IMG/VR virus record: IMGVR_UViG_2862465376_000001
Coordinates: 64,001 to 128,000 of that record
Origin: a virus
Taxonomy: Duplodnaviria; Caudoviricetes
Strand: one strand, 5' to 3'
Length of the DNA stretch: 64,000 nucleotides
Shown piece after piece: positions 18,495 through 28,815 of this stretch; the stretch's first letter is position 1, and each line of letters begins with the position of its first letter. Under the pieces are notes generated by a model. The model saw only the letters and a list, made by a program, of their open reading frames with translations. It searched no databases and was not told the DNA's origin. The translations under genes were made by a program, and so were the position numbers.

Positions 18495-20600
18495 ATGACG
18501 TCCGCGCCGCCTGCGACCTTTCTGTCCCTCCAGGAGCTGTTCGCGAAGAACCTCCCGGGTTACCGCCGCCGCCCGCAGCAGGAACAGCTCGCGCAGGCCA
18601 TCGAGCTGACGTTCAGTCAGGACCTCGAAGAGAACGAGCCCATGCACCTGCTCGCCGAGGCGGGCACCGGCACCGGCAAGAGCTACGCAGCCCTGATCGC
18701 CGCGATCCTGGCCAGCCGCGCGGGAGACGAGCCCAAGCGGTACGTGGTCGCCACGGCGACCAACGCCCTCCTGGCGCAGTACGTCAAGAAGGACCTGCCG
18801 TGGCTGGAGGGCGTTCTGGGGCAGGCGGGCATCGACTTCACCTGGGCCCCGCTCAAGGGTGTCTCCAACTTCGCCTGCCTGGCCAAGCTCGCTGAGCGCC
18901 CGGCGATCGCCAACGTGCAGCAGCTCCTGGACGAGCTGGCCCCGGACAAGGACGGCACCTACCACCACACCGGCGACCGCGACGACGTTCAGACGCCTAT
19001 CGAGCAGCGCACCGAGTGGCACCTGGTCTCCTCGACCAGCGATGAGTGCCCCGGGCGCTCGAAGTGCTCCTTCGGGGAGCAGTGCTTCGCGATGAAGCAC
19101 AAGGACGCCGCCATGGAGGCCGACATCGTCGCGACCAACATGGCCATCCTCCTGACCGACACCAAGATTGCCCGCGAGACCGCCGGAGGGGACCCCGAGG
19201 CCGAACGCCGCCACCCCCTCCTCGGCCCGTACGACGGCCTGATCGTGGACGAGGCCCACGAGCTGGAGGAGCAGGCCACCAGCCACCTCGGCTTCGACAT
19301 CAAGCAGGGCGGCCTGCTCAAGTGGGCCGACCAGGCCGCCTCCTTCCTCGCCATCCACGAGGACGTCGATGAGCAGCGGCAGGGCGAGTCCCTCGCCGTG
19401 CACGAGCGCGTCACCGCCGCCGTCGAGGCCCTCACCCGGCCCATCGCCGACCACCTGGAGCACGACGACACCGGCGCCATCGACGCCGACTTCATCACCT
19501 ACTACGCCGACCTGTTCGTCACCCTCTACGACGCGCTGGAGACCCTCCGCACCCGCGTGAGCAAGCGCAAGATCGCCGACAGCTCCCACGTGGAGAAGGA
19601 GCAGGCGATCAAGGACCGGCTTCTGACCGTCGGGACCAACTTTCTGAAAGGCGTCAAGGCCGTCCTCCTCGCCGACCCGAACGAGATGGTCCGCTGGGCC
19701 GAGATGTACGGCCACGAGCGCATGCGCATCGGCAGGCGCTGGCTGATCAGGGCCGCCCCCATCGACGTCGGCCCCTACCTCCGCGAGGAGCTGTGGAGCC
19801 GCTACCCGGCCGTGCTGATGTCCGCCACCCTCAGCGCGGGCACCGGCCCAGGCCGCTTCGACTACCTCGCGCGCCGCCTCGGCCTGAAGGACACCGCCGC
19901 CACCCTCGACGTCGGCAGTCCCTTCGACTACCCGAAGCAGGCCCTGTTCTTCCACCCCGACTCCTCGGTGCCCGCCCCGGCCGGGAAGACCCGCAGCGAG
20001 TGGGAGACCTGGCTCCACGCCGCCACCCTCGAACTCGTCCGCGCAGCCGGGGGAGGGGCCATGCTCCTCTACACCTCCCGCAAGGCCATGAACGCCGCCC
20101 ACGACACCCTCGGCAGTCTGCTCCGGGCCGACGGCATCAACTCCTTCGTCCAGGGCGGCGACATGAGCGTCAAGGAGATCGCCGACCGCTTCCGCGAGGA
20201 CGAGAACAGCGTCCTGTTCGGCCTCCGGAGCTTCATGACCGGCATGGACTTCCCCGGGAACACGAACCGGCTTGTCGTCGTGGACAAGCTGCCCTTCGCC
20301 GTCCCCACCGACCCGATCCACAAGGCCCGCTCCGAGGCCATCGAGCGCCAGGGCGGCAGTGCCTTCAGCGACCTGGTCGTGCCGTCCATGACCCTGACGC
20401 TCCAGCAGGCGTTCGGCCGCCTCATCCGCAGCACGGAGGACTGGGGTGCCGTCGCGATCATGGACTCCCGCCTCGCCAGCAAGGGGTACGGCCGGAGCAT
20501 CGTCAAGGCCCTCCCGCCCGCCCGCGCGACCACGTCCCTGGCCGACGTCCGGGACTTCTTCTGGCAGCCCGACGGCAGCGGACTGCTTCCGGCGGCGTGA
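18495..20600 (+). CDS. dinG: DinG/YoaA-family ATP-dependent helicase
   Basis: EAGTGTGKS, Fe-S Cys (C..ECPGRSKCSFGEQC), DEAH, MSATL, SPFDY, KLPF, QAFGRLIR. Confidence 0.92.
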   Translation: MTSAPPATFLSLQELFAKNLPGYRRRPQQEQLAQAIELTFSQDLEENEPMHLLAEAGTGTGKSYAALIAAILASRAGDEPKRYVVATATNALLAQYVKKDLPWLEGVLGQAGIDFTWAPLKGVSNFACLAKLAERPAIANVQQLLDELAPDKDGTYHHTGDRDDVQTPIEQRTEWHLVSSTSDECPGRSKCSFGEQCFAMKHKDAAMEADIVATNMAILLTDTKIARETAGGDPEAERRHPLLGPYDGLIVDEAHELEEQATSHLGFDIKQGGLLKWADQAASFLAIHEDVDEQRQGESLAVHERVTAAVEALTRPIADHLEHDDTGAIDADFITYYADLFVTLYDALETLRTRVSKRKIADSSHVEKEQAIKDRLLTVGTNFLKGVKAVLLADPNEMVRWAEMYGHERMRIGRRWLIRAAPIDVGPYLREELWSRYPAVLMSATLSAGTGPGRFDYLARRLGLKDTAATLDVGSPFDYPKQALFFHPDSSVPAPAGKTRSEWETWLHAATLELVRAAGGGAMLLYTSRKAMNAAHDTLGSLLRADGINSFVQGGDMSVKEIADRFREDENSVLFGLRSFMTGMDFPGNTNRLVVVDKLPFAVPTDPIHKARSEAIERQGGSAFSDLVVPSMTLTLQQAFGRLIRSTEDWGAVAIMDSRLASKGYGRSIVKALPPARATTSLADVRDFFWQPDGSGLLPAA

Positions 20601-20608
20601 CGACCCCG

Positions 20609-20638
20609 TTGTCACCTACCCCAAAGTTGGGGTAGGTT
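20609..20638 (+). promoter_or_regulatory. sigma70/HrdB-type promoter with palindromic operator
   Basis: TTGTCA-18nt-TAGGTT; perfect palindrome ACCTACCCCAA-AG-TTGGGGTAGGT at 20614-20637. Confidence 0.6.
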
Positions 20639-20691
20639 GTAACCACGTTCACCGCCAAGAACGACAAACCTCAGAACACAGGAGCACCATC

Positions 20692-21423
20692 GTGGCTACC
20701 GCCAAGACCACCGAGATCGTGCCGACCTTCGACTTCGCCGCCACCGAGGTCGAGCTGAAGGGCGACCCCAACCTCAGCCTCACTGACGTGCTGGCCAAGC
20801 TGGCCACCCTCCCCCCCACGGACCCGAAGAACCGGCCGAAGCCCGCCACCGCCGTCGAGCTGGTCACCGACGGCCTGATGAGCGCGATCCAGGCCATCCC
20901 CAAGGTCTTCGGCCAGATCAAGCCGCGCGGTCGCCGCCAGCTGACCAAGGCCGAACTGGTCAGCCTGAGGGACGAGAAGATCGAGATCGACACGGCCATC
21001 AAGGCGCTGACCAAGCGCAAGGACGAGATCCACAAGATGGTCTCGGTCCACTTCGACGTCCTCGCCGACAAGCAGAAGCGCGTCACGGAGCAGACGCGGC
21101 TGGACAAGAACGGCCACTACCTCCTGGCCTCCCCGGGCAACGCCGAGACCGCGCCGGTCGAGGGCAGTGGCCACTACTTCACCCGCGAGAAGGCCAGCGA
21201 CAAGGCTGTCCTCAACCTGGACAAGCTGCTCGCCCTGTACGAGGCGGGAGAGATCACCCGGGCCGAGCTGCTCGGCTTCACCACGACGACCCGCACCATC
21301 GACGAGACGAAGATCCGCCGTCAGCTCCTGAACAAGAACAAGCGCGAGCGCACCCAGGCGATTCTCGACAAGATCACCGAGATCAAGCCGGGCAACCTGA
21401 GCATCAACCTGCGCGGCAAGTAG
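20692..21423 (+). CDS. hypothetical phage protein
   Basis: GTG with AGGAG RBS, strong codon bias. Confidence 0.7.
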   Translation: MATAKTTEIVPTFDFAATEVELKGDPNLSLTDVLAKLATLPPTDPKNRPKPATAVELVTDGLMSAIQAIPKVFGQIKPRGRRQLTKAELVSLRDEKIEIDTAIKALTKRKDEIHKMVSVHFDVLADKQKRVTEQTRLDKNGHYLLASPGNAETAPVEGSGHYFTREKASDKAVLNLDKLLALYEAGEITRAELLGFTTTTRTIDETKIRRQLLNKNKRERTQAILDKITEIKPGNLSINLRGK

Positions 21424-21499
21424 TACCTCCGGCCAGAACATCACCGACAATACGAACGTCACAGCCTCCGCTCGGTATACCGGGCGGAGCTAGTGGCAT

Positions 21500-22006
21500 A
21501 TGGAAGGACGACCCGTGCCCCCTATCGCCGTGGAGCCGATCATCATGGACGCGCAAGGATCCGAGCGACCACCCACCGAGCCCAACCGTCGACGCAACTA
21601 CGAGCTGTACGACTACCAGTTCCCCGTCGAGGGCTCACCCAAGTACGCCGTGGCAGACCCGACCAACCCCCTGCGTGTCCCGCATTTCTCCGTCCAGGAC
21701 GTGGCCTGCTGGGTCTTTGCAGGCAGAGTGAGCTGGCTCCGGCACCAGCTCAAGGGGAAGCCGTGGAAGCCCATCAAGGGCGCCACGCGCACCACGCCCC
21801 TGCTGCTGAAGGGGAAGCGCCTGAAGTTCAGGCAGGTCGTCGGAGGACGCGGCGGCGAGCGACGCTTCACCCTGCCCGACATTGAGCGCCTCGCCTGGGC
21901 CCTGTACGAACGCAACGACATCGACGGCTACGACCTCCAGCGCATCTGCCGCATCCTCGCCGCCGTCGCCGACCAGTACAAGGCCCACCGCAAGGAAGGC
22001 GAGTGA
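21500..22006 (+). CDS. putative MerR-like HTH DNA-binding protein
   Basis: FSVQDVA...GGERRFTLPDIERL resembles a MerR/excisionase wing. Confidence 0.5.
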   Translation: MEGRPVPPIAVEPIIMDAQGSERPPTEPNRRRNYELYDYQFPVEGSPKYAVADPTNPLRVPHFSVQDVACWVFAGRVSWLRHQLKGKPWKPIKGATRTTPLLLKGKRLKFRQVVGGRGGERRFTLPDIERLAWALYERNDIDGYDLQRICRILAAVADQYKAHRKEGE

Positions 22007-22884
22007 TGCGACCGACCCTGCTCATCGACGGCAACAACATCCTGATCCGCGCCGTCGAGGCCACCCGCCGCGCCGCCATGCACAGCGACGACGGCACCGA
22101 CACCAGCGCCCTGGTCGTCTTCATCAAAACGATCAGCCGCTACATCCGCGAGGAGAAGCCCTACCGCGTCATGGTCCTGTGGGACAGCGGTCCCGGCTGG
22201 CGCAACCAGATCTACCCCGCCTACAAGGCCAACCGCCCCCAGGTCGCCGACGAGTACCGCAGCACCACCCGCACCCTCGTGAAGGACTTCCTGGTCCGCT
22301 CCCGGATACCCCAGGGCCACCTCGACGGCTTCGAAGCCGACGACCTCATCGCCGCCCACTGGCGCCACGCCCACGAGCCGGTCGTCATCCTCTCCAGCGA
22401 CAAGGACATGCTCCAGCTCGTCGGCAAGACCCCGACCGGCCACCCCTGCACCCAGATCCGCATCTCCTCCTCCAACACCCCCACCGACCGCTGGGACGAG
22501 GAGAAGGTCACCAAGCACTACGGCTGCACCCCCGCCCAGCTCCCCGTCGTCATGTCCCTCACCGGCGACACCTCCGACGGCATCCCGGGCGTACGCGGCA
22601 TCGGCCCGAAGTTCGCCCTCAAGCACCTCACGGCCGCCGACTGGAAACTCGACGCGATCGAGCACCCCGCCATCGCCGAGGCCCGCGACAAGGGCGAGGT
22701 CAACACCTACCGCCAGCTCGTCGACCTCCGCGACGTCCCGTACGAGATGATCCCCACCGGCGTCGGCCCCTTCATGCCCGTCACGCCCGGCCCGGACGCC
22801 GCCTGGCACGGCCTGTGGAAGCTGCTCAGCGACCTGCAGCTCCGTGACATCGAGCGCCGCCTGCTGGCCGGAGAACTCTGGTAG
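22006..22884 (+). CDS. 5'-3' exonuclease (FEN/PolA N-terminal family)
   Basis: LLIDGNN, YKANR, EADDLIA, SSDKDMLQL, LTGDTSDGIPGVRGIGPKFA. Confidence 0.93.
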   Translation: MRPTLLIDGNNILIRAVEATRRAAMHSDDGTDTSALVVFIKTISRYIREEKPYRVMVLWDSGPGWRNQIYPAYKANRPQVADEYRSTTRTLVKDFLVRSRIPQGHLDGFEADDLIAAHWRHAHEPVVILSSDKDMLQLVGKTPTGHPCTQIRISSSNTPTDRWDEEKVTKHYGCTPAQLPVVMSLTGDTSDGIPGVRGIGPKFALKHLTAADWKLDAIEHPAIAEARDKGEVNTYRQLVDLRDVPYEMIPTGVGPFMPVTPGPDAAWHGLWKLLSDLQLRDIERRLLAGELW

Positions 22885-22893
22885 AGCGATTCC

Positions 22894-22997
22894 TTGCTCT
22901 GACCTGGCACCGACGGTTAGCGTCAAAACGCCTCCCGCCAGAGGCCCTCCCTCCACGGCAGACCGCCATCCGCCGTACCCAGCCACCGCCAGGTTGG
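22894..22997 (+). promoter_or_regulatory. promoter followed by three tandem CCGCCA-loop hairpins
   Basis: TTGCTC-18nt-TAGCGT, then GCCTC-CCGCCA-GAGGC, ACGGCAGA-CCGCCA-TCCGCCGT and CCAGCC-ACCGCCA-GGTTGG. Confidence 0.65.
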
Positions 22998-23005
22998 AGA
23001 CCCCT

Positions 23006-23449
23006 GTGCTCGACTTCTCCGCTGCCGCCTACGGCAAGGCAGCTGTGCAGACCGTGTCTGTTCCCACGGCCGCTCCCGCCCGCGTTCATCCGATGCCCGG
23101 GGCGCCCTACGAGGTCGCCCAGACGCCTCCGGCCCACGTGCGCATCACCATGGCAGCCACCGACCTTCTCGACGCCCCCGCCGACTGGTCCTGGGAGCAG
23201 CTGCGCGACTACGTCATGCGCGCCGTCGCCGAACGCCACGGCCCCCAGCCCCGCCACGAGAGCGCCAAGGTCAACTCGATCTTCAAGTCCTTCGCCAGCC
23301 GTTGGGCCCGCCAGGCCGGGCCCATTGCCCGCTTCGCCTTCGAGCAGCAGGACGGCTTCTGGCGCTCGGCCCCGGTCGACATCCGCCGCTTCACGAAGGG
23401 CAACGACGACTACTTCGCCCGGCCCATCGCGGAGCGCCTCGGTGCCTGA
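23006..23449 (+). CDS. hypothetical protein
   Basis: GTG after GGAG RBS; codon bias. Confidence 0.6.
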   Translation: MLDFSAAAYGKAAVQTVSVPTAAPARVHPMPGAPYEVAQTPPAHVRITMAATDLLDAPADWSWEQLRDYVMRAVAERHGPQPRHESAKVNSIFKSFASRWARQAGPIARFAFEQQDGFWRSAPVDIRRFTKGNDDYFARPIAERLGA

Positions 23450-23771
23450 GACCATCTTCGCGGCCGACGCCATCACGCCGCCCCAGAGTGAGCCCACCTG
23501 CTGTCCGGACGCCTACCTCTGCCTCACGGCCGAGGTCCCGGAGATCGAGTGCCCCCGCCACGGCGGCTTCGACGTCTGCTGTGCCCGGCCGGAGACCCAC
23601 GTGCCGCAGGATCGCCAAGCCTGGCACCGGCAGATGTACCGCTGGGAGCAGAGCCTGCTCGACGAGCACATCCGAACAGTGCTGCCGCCTGGAACCAGGT
23701 TGCCAGTCGTCGTGGACGTTCCGGTGAGGCTTCTCGTCCCGTCCGAGTACATCACCATCGAGTTCTCCTGA
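23442..23771 (+). CDS. hypothetical Cys-rich protein
   Basis: Overlapping GTG start; CC..C..CPRH..CC. Confidence 0.45.
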   Translation: MPETIFAADAITPPQSEPTCCPDAYLCLTAEVPEIECPRHGGFDVCCARPETHVPQDRQAWHRQMYRWEQSLLDEHIRTVLPPGTRLPVVVDVPVRLLVPSEYITIEFS

Positions 23772-23816
23772 ATCTCTCGCCCGGCCGCCACCGGGCCCTC
23801 ATCAAGGACCGCCACC

Positions 23817-24677
23817 TTGAAGCGACCCCCGCCCCCTCCGTCCTGCCACCCGCTGGCCGACGCCGACTTCCGGCGCCTCAAGGCCACCAGGCCCCGCCTG
23901 TGGACCGACCCCAAGAAGTCGTGCCTGACCTGCCTGAAGCGGGAAGGGCTGCAGGACTCGCAGACCTACCTCTGGTACGCCGACAACGCCACCGGCCGCC
24001 GCACCGATGAGATCGTCACCTACGAGTGCAACTGCCAGCAGCAGTGGCTCATGCACCTCTGGTTCCTCAACGCGGGCATCCCGCTGAACTACCAGCGCCT
24101 CGGCTGGGACGACGTCAAGTCCGTCCCCCAGCCCGTCGTCGACCAGGTCATGGGCTACGCCCTCCAGGCCGTCCGGAACATCGCCCTCGGGCGCAACCTC
24201 GTCCTGTGGTCCAAGAGCCCCGGCACCGGCAAGACGCTCCTGCTCGCCCTGCTCTCGAAGTTCCTCATGGCTAACGGCTTCCAGGTCCACTTCTCCCAGT
24301 TCAACGAGGTGATCGACCTCTTCACCTCCAGCTGGCGCGACAAGGACGAGCGCGAGCAGTGGACCCGCCGCGTACGCAACGTGGACGTCCTCGCCATCGA
24401 CGACTGGGGCAAGGAGAACAAGGGCCGCATCGAGATGGTTGAGTCCATGGTCGACCAGATCGTCCGCTCCCGCGTTGCCGACGCCGCCCCCACGATCTTC
24501 ACCACCAACCTCACCCCCGACGAGATCCAGCAGGGGTACGGCGTCTACGCGATGAGCCTGCTCACCGAGGCCGCCGACTTCATCGAGGTCACCGGCGCCG
24601 ACTTCCGGCCCGCACGACGCGAACTCTCACGCCAGGAAGCCGACCTCGGCCTGGCCCGACCCATCACGGCGGTATGA
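23817..24677 (+). CDS. DnaC/IstB-like AAA+ helicase loader
   Basis: Zn site CLTC...CNC, PGTGKT, VDVLAIDDWGKE, IFTTN, GADFR. Confidence 0.88.
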   Translation: MKRPPPPPSCHPLADADFRRLKATRPRLWTDPKKSCLTCLKREGLQDSQTYLWYADNATGRRTDEIVTYECNCQQQWLMHLWFLNAGIPLNYQRLGWDDVKSVPQPVVDQVMGYALQAVRNIALGRNLVLWSKSPGTGKTLLLALLSKFLMANGFQVHFSQFNEVIDLFTSSWRDKDEREQWTRRVRNVDVLAIDDWGKENKGRIEMVESMVDQIVRSRVADAAPTIFTTNLTPDEIQQGYGVYAMSLLTEAADFIEVTGADFRPARRELSRQEADLGLARPITAV

Positions 24678-25321
24678 CCATGAGCGACCTGTACGACTTC
24701 ATCCCCGCAAGTGTCCCGCCGAGCGAGCTGCCGCCGTCAGATGACCCTCTGCCCGTCGCCTGGCAGGCCACCGCCGACAACACCGTCGACCGACAGTACG
24801 CCAGCGCCGCCGACAAGACGGCCTCCGAAGAGGCTGACAAGCTCCAGACGACCAAGGGAGCCCTACACGCGCTCCATACGCATCTGAGTGCATCTCAGCG
24901 CGTACTCAGCGAACTGGACCCGATCGTCCGCGATCTGATCCTTGACCTCCGTGCCCCCGCCAACGAGCTGGCTGTGGCCAGGGACGGTCTTGCGCACCTG
25001 CAGCGCCGTAACGCGTCGCTCATCAAGCAGTGCCAGATGTGGAAGCGGCGCACCGAGGAGGCCAAGACGAAGGCCGAGCAGTTTGAGGCCAAGCTGGCTG
25101 AGCTGAAGACCACGAAGCCCGAGGACACGGTGGCCGCCGGGACGGCTTCGCACATCCCCGTCGTGTTCACGCGCCGCTCTCCGGGCGACACCATCCGCTA
25201 CTTCTCTTCAGAGATCATGAAGCACGCGACGGACAACCTGGAGCTGGCTGGTCTTGCAATCGCCCTCCGCATGACCGCCGCCGAGATCGACAACATCCCC
25301 CAGGGCGACCATGCACGCTGA
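24674..25321 (+). CDS. hypothetical coiled-coil protein
   Basis: Translationally coupled ORF. Confidence 0.55.
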   Translation: MTMSDLYDFIPASVPPSELPPSDDPLPVAWQATADNTVDRQYASAADKTASEEADKLQTTKGALHALHTHLSASQRVLSELDPIVRDLILDLRAPANELAVARDGLAHLQRRNASLIKQCQMWKRRTEEAKTKAEQFEAKLAELKTTKPEDTVAAGTASHIPVVFTRRSPGDTIRYFSSEIMKHATDNLELAGLAIALRMTAAEIDNIPQGDHAR

Positions 25322-26603
25322 GACCGTCCTCTACGCCTCCCTCACCGAGGTCGACGCGCTGGAGGAGCTGGCCGACACCGGCCTCGACCCGGCCTGCATA
25401 CCCACCACCGGCATGCGCGACGTCGTCACCTGGGCCGTCGACTACTTCTACCGCTCCGGCCGGACCAAGGCGCCCTCGCGCGAGCTGCTCCAGGAGCAGT
25501 GGGGCCACCGGCTGGAGCAGTGCAACATCGAACTGCCCGACGAGGACCTGGAGATCGACGACGTCTGGTCGGCGATCGCCTACCTCCGCTCCCAGCACGT
25601 CCTCGCCGAGTCCCAGCGCCTCCAACGTGAGATCGCCGTCGCCATGGCCCAGGCCGAGCCCGGCGAACGCGTCGAGGCCGTCCACGAGGCCGCCGCCGCC
25701 TTCCACCAGCTGTCCATGTCCGTCCGCGACCGCTCCCAGGAAGTCGAGGGCATCCAGGGCCTCAAGGACTCCCTGGCCCGCTACGAGCAGCGCGCCGCCG
25801 CCCCGCAGACCGTCCGGGGCATGTCCGTCGGCATGAAGGAGGTCGACGAGCACACCCAGGGCATCCACGACGGCGAGATCGCCGTCTGGGCCGCCCCGCC
25901 CAAGGGCGCCAAGAGCTGGTCCGCCACCCACGTCAGCCACACCGAGTGGAAGCGCGGCCGGGTCACCGTCCTCTACACGCTGGAGAACAGCGTGAAGATG
26001 TCCTACGACCGGCTCGCCTGCCAGATCTGCTGCGTCGACTACCGCGAGTACCAGAAGGGCACCTGCAGCCCCGAGGAGATCGAACGCGTCCGCACCTGGC
26101 TCGCCCAGAACGAGGCCGAGCTGAAGGACGGCCTGCACATCCTCTCCCCGGAGGTGCGCACCCCGGCCGCCCTGATCCGCCAGGCCCAGTCCTACGGCGC
26201 CGACAGCGTGATCATCGACCAGCTCTCCCACATCCACCACCCGGCACCCAACGGCCGCCGACCCAAGCACGAGACGATCGCCGAGATCATGAACGAACTG
26301 TCCGAACTCATCACCACCGGCCGCCGCAACCCGCCGCTCTTCCTGAACGTCCAGATCAACCGCGAGGGCGAGGCCGCCGCGCAGAAGGCCGGAAAGCTCG
26401 AACTCCGGCACCTCGCCGACTCCTCGGCAATCGAACGCTGGGCCAGCTGGGTCTTCGGCCTGATCCGCTCCGAGACCGAGGTCGCCGCCGGAATGGCCAC
26501 CCTCCAGATGCTCGCCAGCCGACGCATGGACCTTAAGAACTGGCGAGCCGCCTGGGAGCCCTGGTACGGCACCCAGCAGGTCCTCAGCGAGGTGACCCTG
26601 TGA
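25311..26603 (+). CDS. dnaB: DnaB-like replicative helicase
   Basis: GEIAVWAAPPKGAKS, YTLE, IIDQL, QINREG, LADSSAIE. Confidence 0.85.
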   Translation: MHAETVLYASLTEVDALEELADTGLDPACIPTTGMRDVVTWAVDYFYRSGRTKAPSRELLQEQWGHRLEQCNIELPDEDLEIDDVWSAIAYLRSQHVLAESQRLQREIAVAMAQAEPGERVEAVHEAAAAFHQLSMSVRDRSQEVEGIQGLKDSLARYEQRAAAPQTVRGMSVGMKEVDEHTQGIHDGEIAVWAAPPKGAKSWSATHVSHTEWKRGRVTVLYTLENSVKMSYDRLACQICCVDYREYQKGTCSPEEIERVRTWLAQNEAELKDGLHILSPEVRTPAALIRQAQSYGADSVIIDQLSHIHHPAPNGRRPKHETIAEIMNELSELITTGRRNPPLFLNVQINREGEAAAQKAGKLELRHLADSSAIERWASWVFGLIRSETEVAAGMATLQMLASRRMDLKNWRAAWEPWYGTQQVLSEVTL

Positions 26604-26872
26604 CCACCCACGTCTCGTCCGCCCACACGATCGAGCTTCCGCAGCGGCTCATCGACGGGGACCCCAAGGACTTCCTTCGGGTCATGGTCCGGATACACGC
26701 CCTGCAGACCCTGGCCCGCGTCTACCCGTGCACCAGCAGGTCGGACTCACAGATCACCGTTGAGACGCGAGAAGAGTCGGACGCCTTCCAGCGCACAGAC
26801 ATCATCGGTACGGCATCGGCCCCCTGCGGCGCCCCCGAGACCTGCCCCGCGACCCGTAAGGCCCGCCCATGA
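26600..26872 (+). CDS. hypothetical protein
   Basis: Coupled ORF. Confidence 0.45.
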   Translation: MTTHVSSAHTIELPQRLIDGDPKDFLRVMVRIHALQTLARVYPCTSRSDSQITVETREESDAFQRTDIIGTASAPCGAPETCPATRKARP

Positions 26873-27438
26873 CCGCCTACGCCTTCCCCTGCGCAGCCAA
26901 GCCCCATCTGTTCGGCTCAGGCAAGGGCCGCAGCGTCAAGGCCGTCCGCGAAGCCCTGCGGATCTGCGCCAACTGCCCCGTCCAGCCCGCCTGCCGCCGC
27001 GCTGGCCGCGAGGGACACGAATTCGGCATCTGGGGTGGAGAGACCGAGCCCGAGCGTTTCGCCTACCTCGGCATCACCGAGGAAGACATCCTCCCGCCGG
27101 AGTGCGGCACCGAGAAGGCGTCCCGCCGCCACCGGGAGCTGGGTGAGGAGTGCGAGGAGTGCACCCTGGCCGACGAGAAGCGCCAGGAGGCCGAAGACGA
27201 AGCCGCTGCTGAGCGGCGCCGGAAGCGGCAAGAATACGAGGAGATCCCCGGCAGCCGGATCAACCCCCACCATGCCCCTCTCCGGACGATCTGCGGCACA
27301 TTTCGCGGCTACCGAGCCCACGAGAAGCGCACTGAACTACGGCTCGACCCCCACCCCGACTGCACCTGCAGAGAAGCCTGCCGCGCCTACCGCGCGGAAC
27401 AGCGCGCTACTGACAAGGAAGCGAAGGCAGGCGCATGA
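26869..27438 (+). CDS. WhiB-family regulator with C-terminal Cys/His extensions
   Basis: C...ICANCPVQPAC...GIWGG WhiB signature; two CGT..H..C..C modules. Confidence 0.85.
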   Translation: MTAYAFPCAAKPHLFGSGKGRSVKAVREALRICANCPVQPACRRAGREGHEFGIWGGETEPERFAYLGITEEDILPPECGTEKASRRHRELGEECEECTLADEKRQEAEDEAAAERRRKRQEYEEIPGSRINPHHAPLRTICGTFRGYRAHEKRTELRLDPHPDCTCREACRAYRAEQRATDKEAKAGA

Positions 27439-27734
27439 CCGAGACCGCGCGGGGGCCCTGGCTCAGACGCTTCAGCGGCAGGCCGAAGCCTCGCTGTCCG
27501 AAGTGCCTGGCCAAGACGGTCCAGACCGAGCACCACGACACCGCCGTCGTCGGCATGTGCAAGGAACGCCGGGACGCGATCGTCGCCATGACCGAGACCC
27601 CGTGGGACGTCCCTGACGAGACGACCGAGCACCTGTGCCGAGGCTGCTTCTCCTGCGGATACACCTGGAGCGAGCGGGTGGCAGGCCCGGAGGACATGGC
27701 CCGCGTGATGGAGTCCGGCGACGATGACGACTGA
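27435..27734 (+). CDS. zinc-ribbon hypothetical protein
   Basis: CPKC...CFSCGYTW. Confidence 0.55.
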   Translation: MTETARGPWLRRFSGRPKPRCPKCLAKTVQTEHHDTAVVGMCKERRDAIVAMTETPWDVPDETTEHLCRGCFSCGYTWSERVAGPEDMARVMESGDDDD

Positions 27735-28815
27735 CCTCGACGAACTCGCCGCGCTGCCCGACGACCACAAGACCCAGCTCGCCAAGGAGGTCCTCGACGA
27801 GCTGGGTATCACGGTCAAGCGACAGATCCGCGACGAGCTGATCATCCCCTGCCCCGTCGGCGCCTTCCACAACGACCAGGAACGCAACCCCACGGCCGCC
27901 CTGTCGACCTCGAAGCTGCTGTTCAACTGCCTGGGATGCCAGGCCAGCGGCACCATTCTCTGGCTCATCGCCACGGTGCGCGGCGACACCACCGTCGAGC
28001 AGGCCCGCGACTGGCTCCACGGCGAAGCCGGACTCACCCGGGCCATGGAACTCCCGGCCCTCCTCCAGCTCTTCGACGCCCTCTACGCGAAGAAGGACAC
28101 CCGCCCGCCCATGCCGGTCTACAGCGACCGCATGCTGGAGCGCTGGGCGGAGATTCCGGACTACATCCTCGACGACCGCCAGATCCCCATCACCACGGCC
28201 GTGCACATGGGCATCGGCACCGACCCCGACGGATTCGTCGACCGGGTGCGCACCGGCCCGCGCGCCGTCATCCCGCACTGGTGGAAGGGCCAGCTCGTCG
28301 GCTGGCAGTCCCGCCGCCTGCCCAGCGCCGACCCTAGCGCGCCGAAGTACCTGTCCACCCCGGCCTTCCCCCGGGACGAGACGATCTTCGACTACCGCCC
28401 CTACCGGCGCGAGGTCGTCGTCGTTGAGTCGCCGATGAGCCAGCTCCGTCACCAGCACCACCTGGACATCGAGGCTACCTTCGGCTTCGTCGTCACCGAC
28501 CTGCAGATCCAGCACCTCGTCAAGGGCCGCCGCAAGCTCATCTGGTTCATGGACAACGACCAGGCCGGATGGCAGGCCGTCGAGGGCCGCACCCACAACG
28601 GCCGGTTCTTCCCCGGCGCCCCACAGCGGGCCTCCGCCTACTGCGACAACTGGGTCGTCGAGAACCCCTTCGACGCCGACCCCGCCGACATGCCGGACGA
28701 GATGGTCGACATCCTCATCAAGGACCGCGCGGTGCCCTGGCAGGTCTGGCAGCGCCCCAAGGTGCTCTATTGCGTCCGCTGTTTCAGGCCCGCCCACAAG
28801 GGGGCATGTCCATGA
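27724..28815 (+). CDS. DNA primase (Zn-binding domain + TOPRIM)
   Basis: CP..FH.D...FNCLGC Zn domain; VVVES and FMDNDQAG TOPRIM motifs. Confidence 0.85.
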   Translation: MTTDLDELAALPDDHKTQLAKEVLDELGITVKRQIRDELIIPCPVGAFHNDQERNPTAALSTSKLLFNCLGCQASGTILWLIATVRGDTTVEQARDWLHGEAGLTRAMELPALLQLFDALYAKKDTRPPMPVYSDRMLERWAEIPDYILDDRQIPITTAVHMGIGTDPDGFVDRVRTGPRAVIPHWWKGQLVGWQSRRLPSADPSAPKYLSTPAFPRDETIFDYRPYRREVVVVESPMSQLRHQHHLDIEATFGFVVTDLQIQHLVKGRRKLIWFMDNDQAGWQAVEGRTHNGRFFPGAPQRASAYCDNWVVENPFDADPADMPDEMVDILIKDRAVPWQVWQRPKVLYCVRCFRPAHKGACP

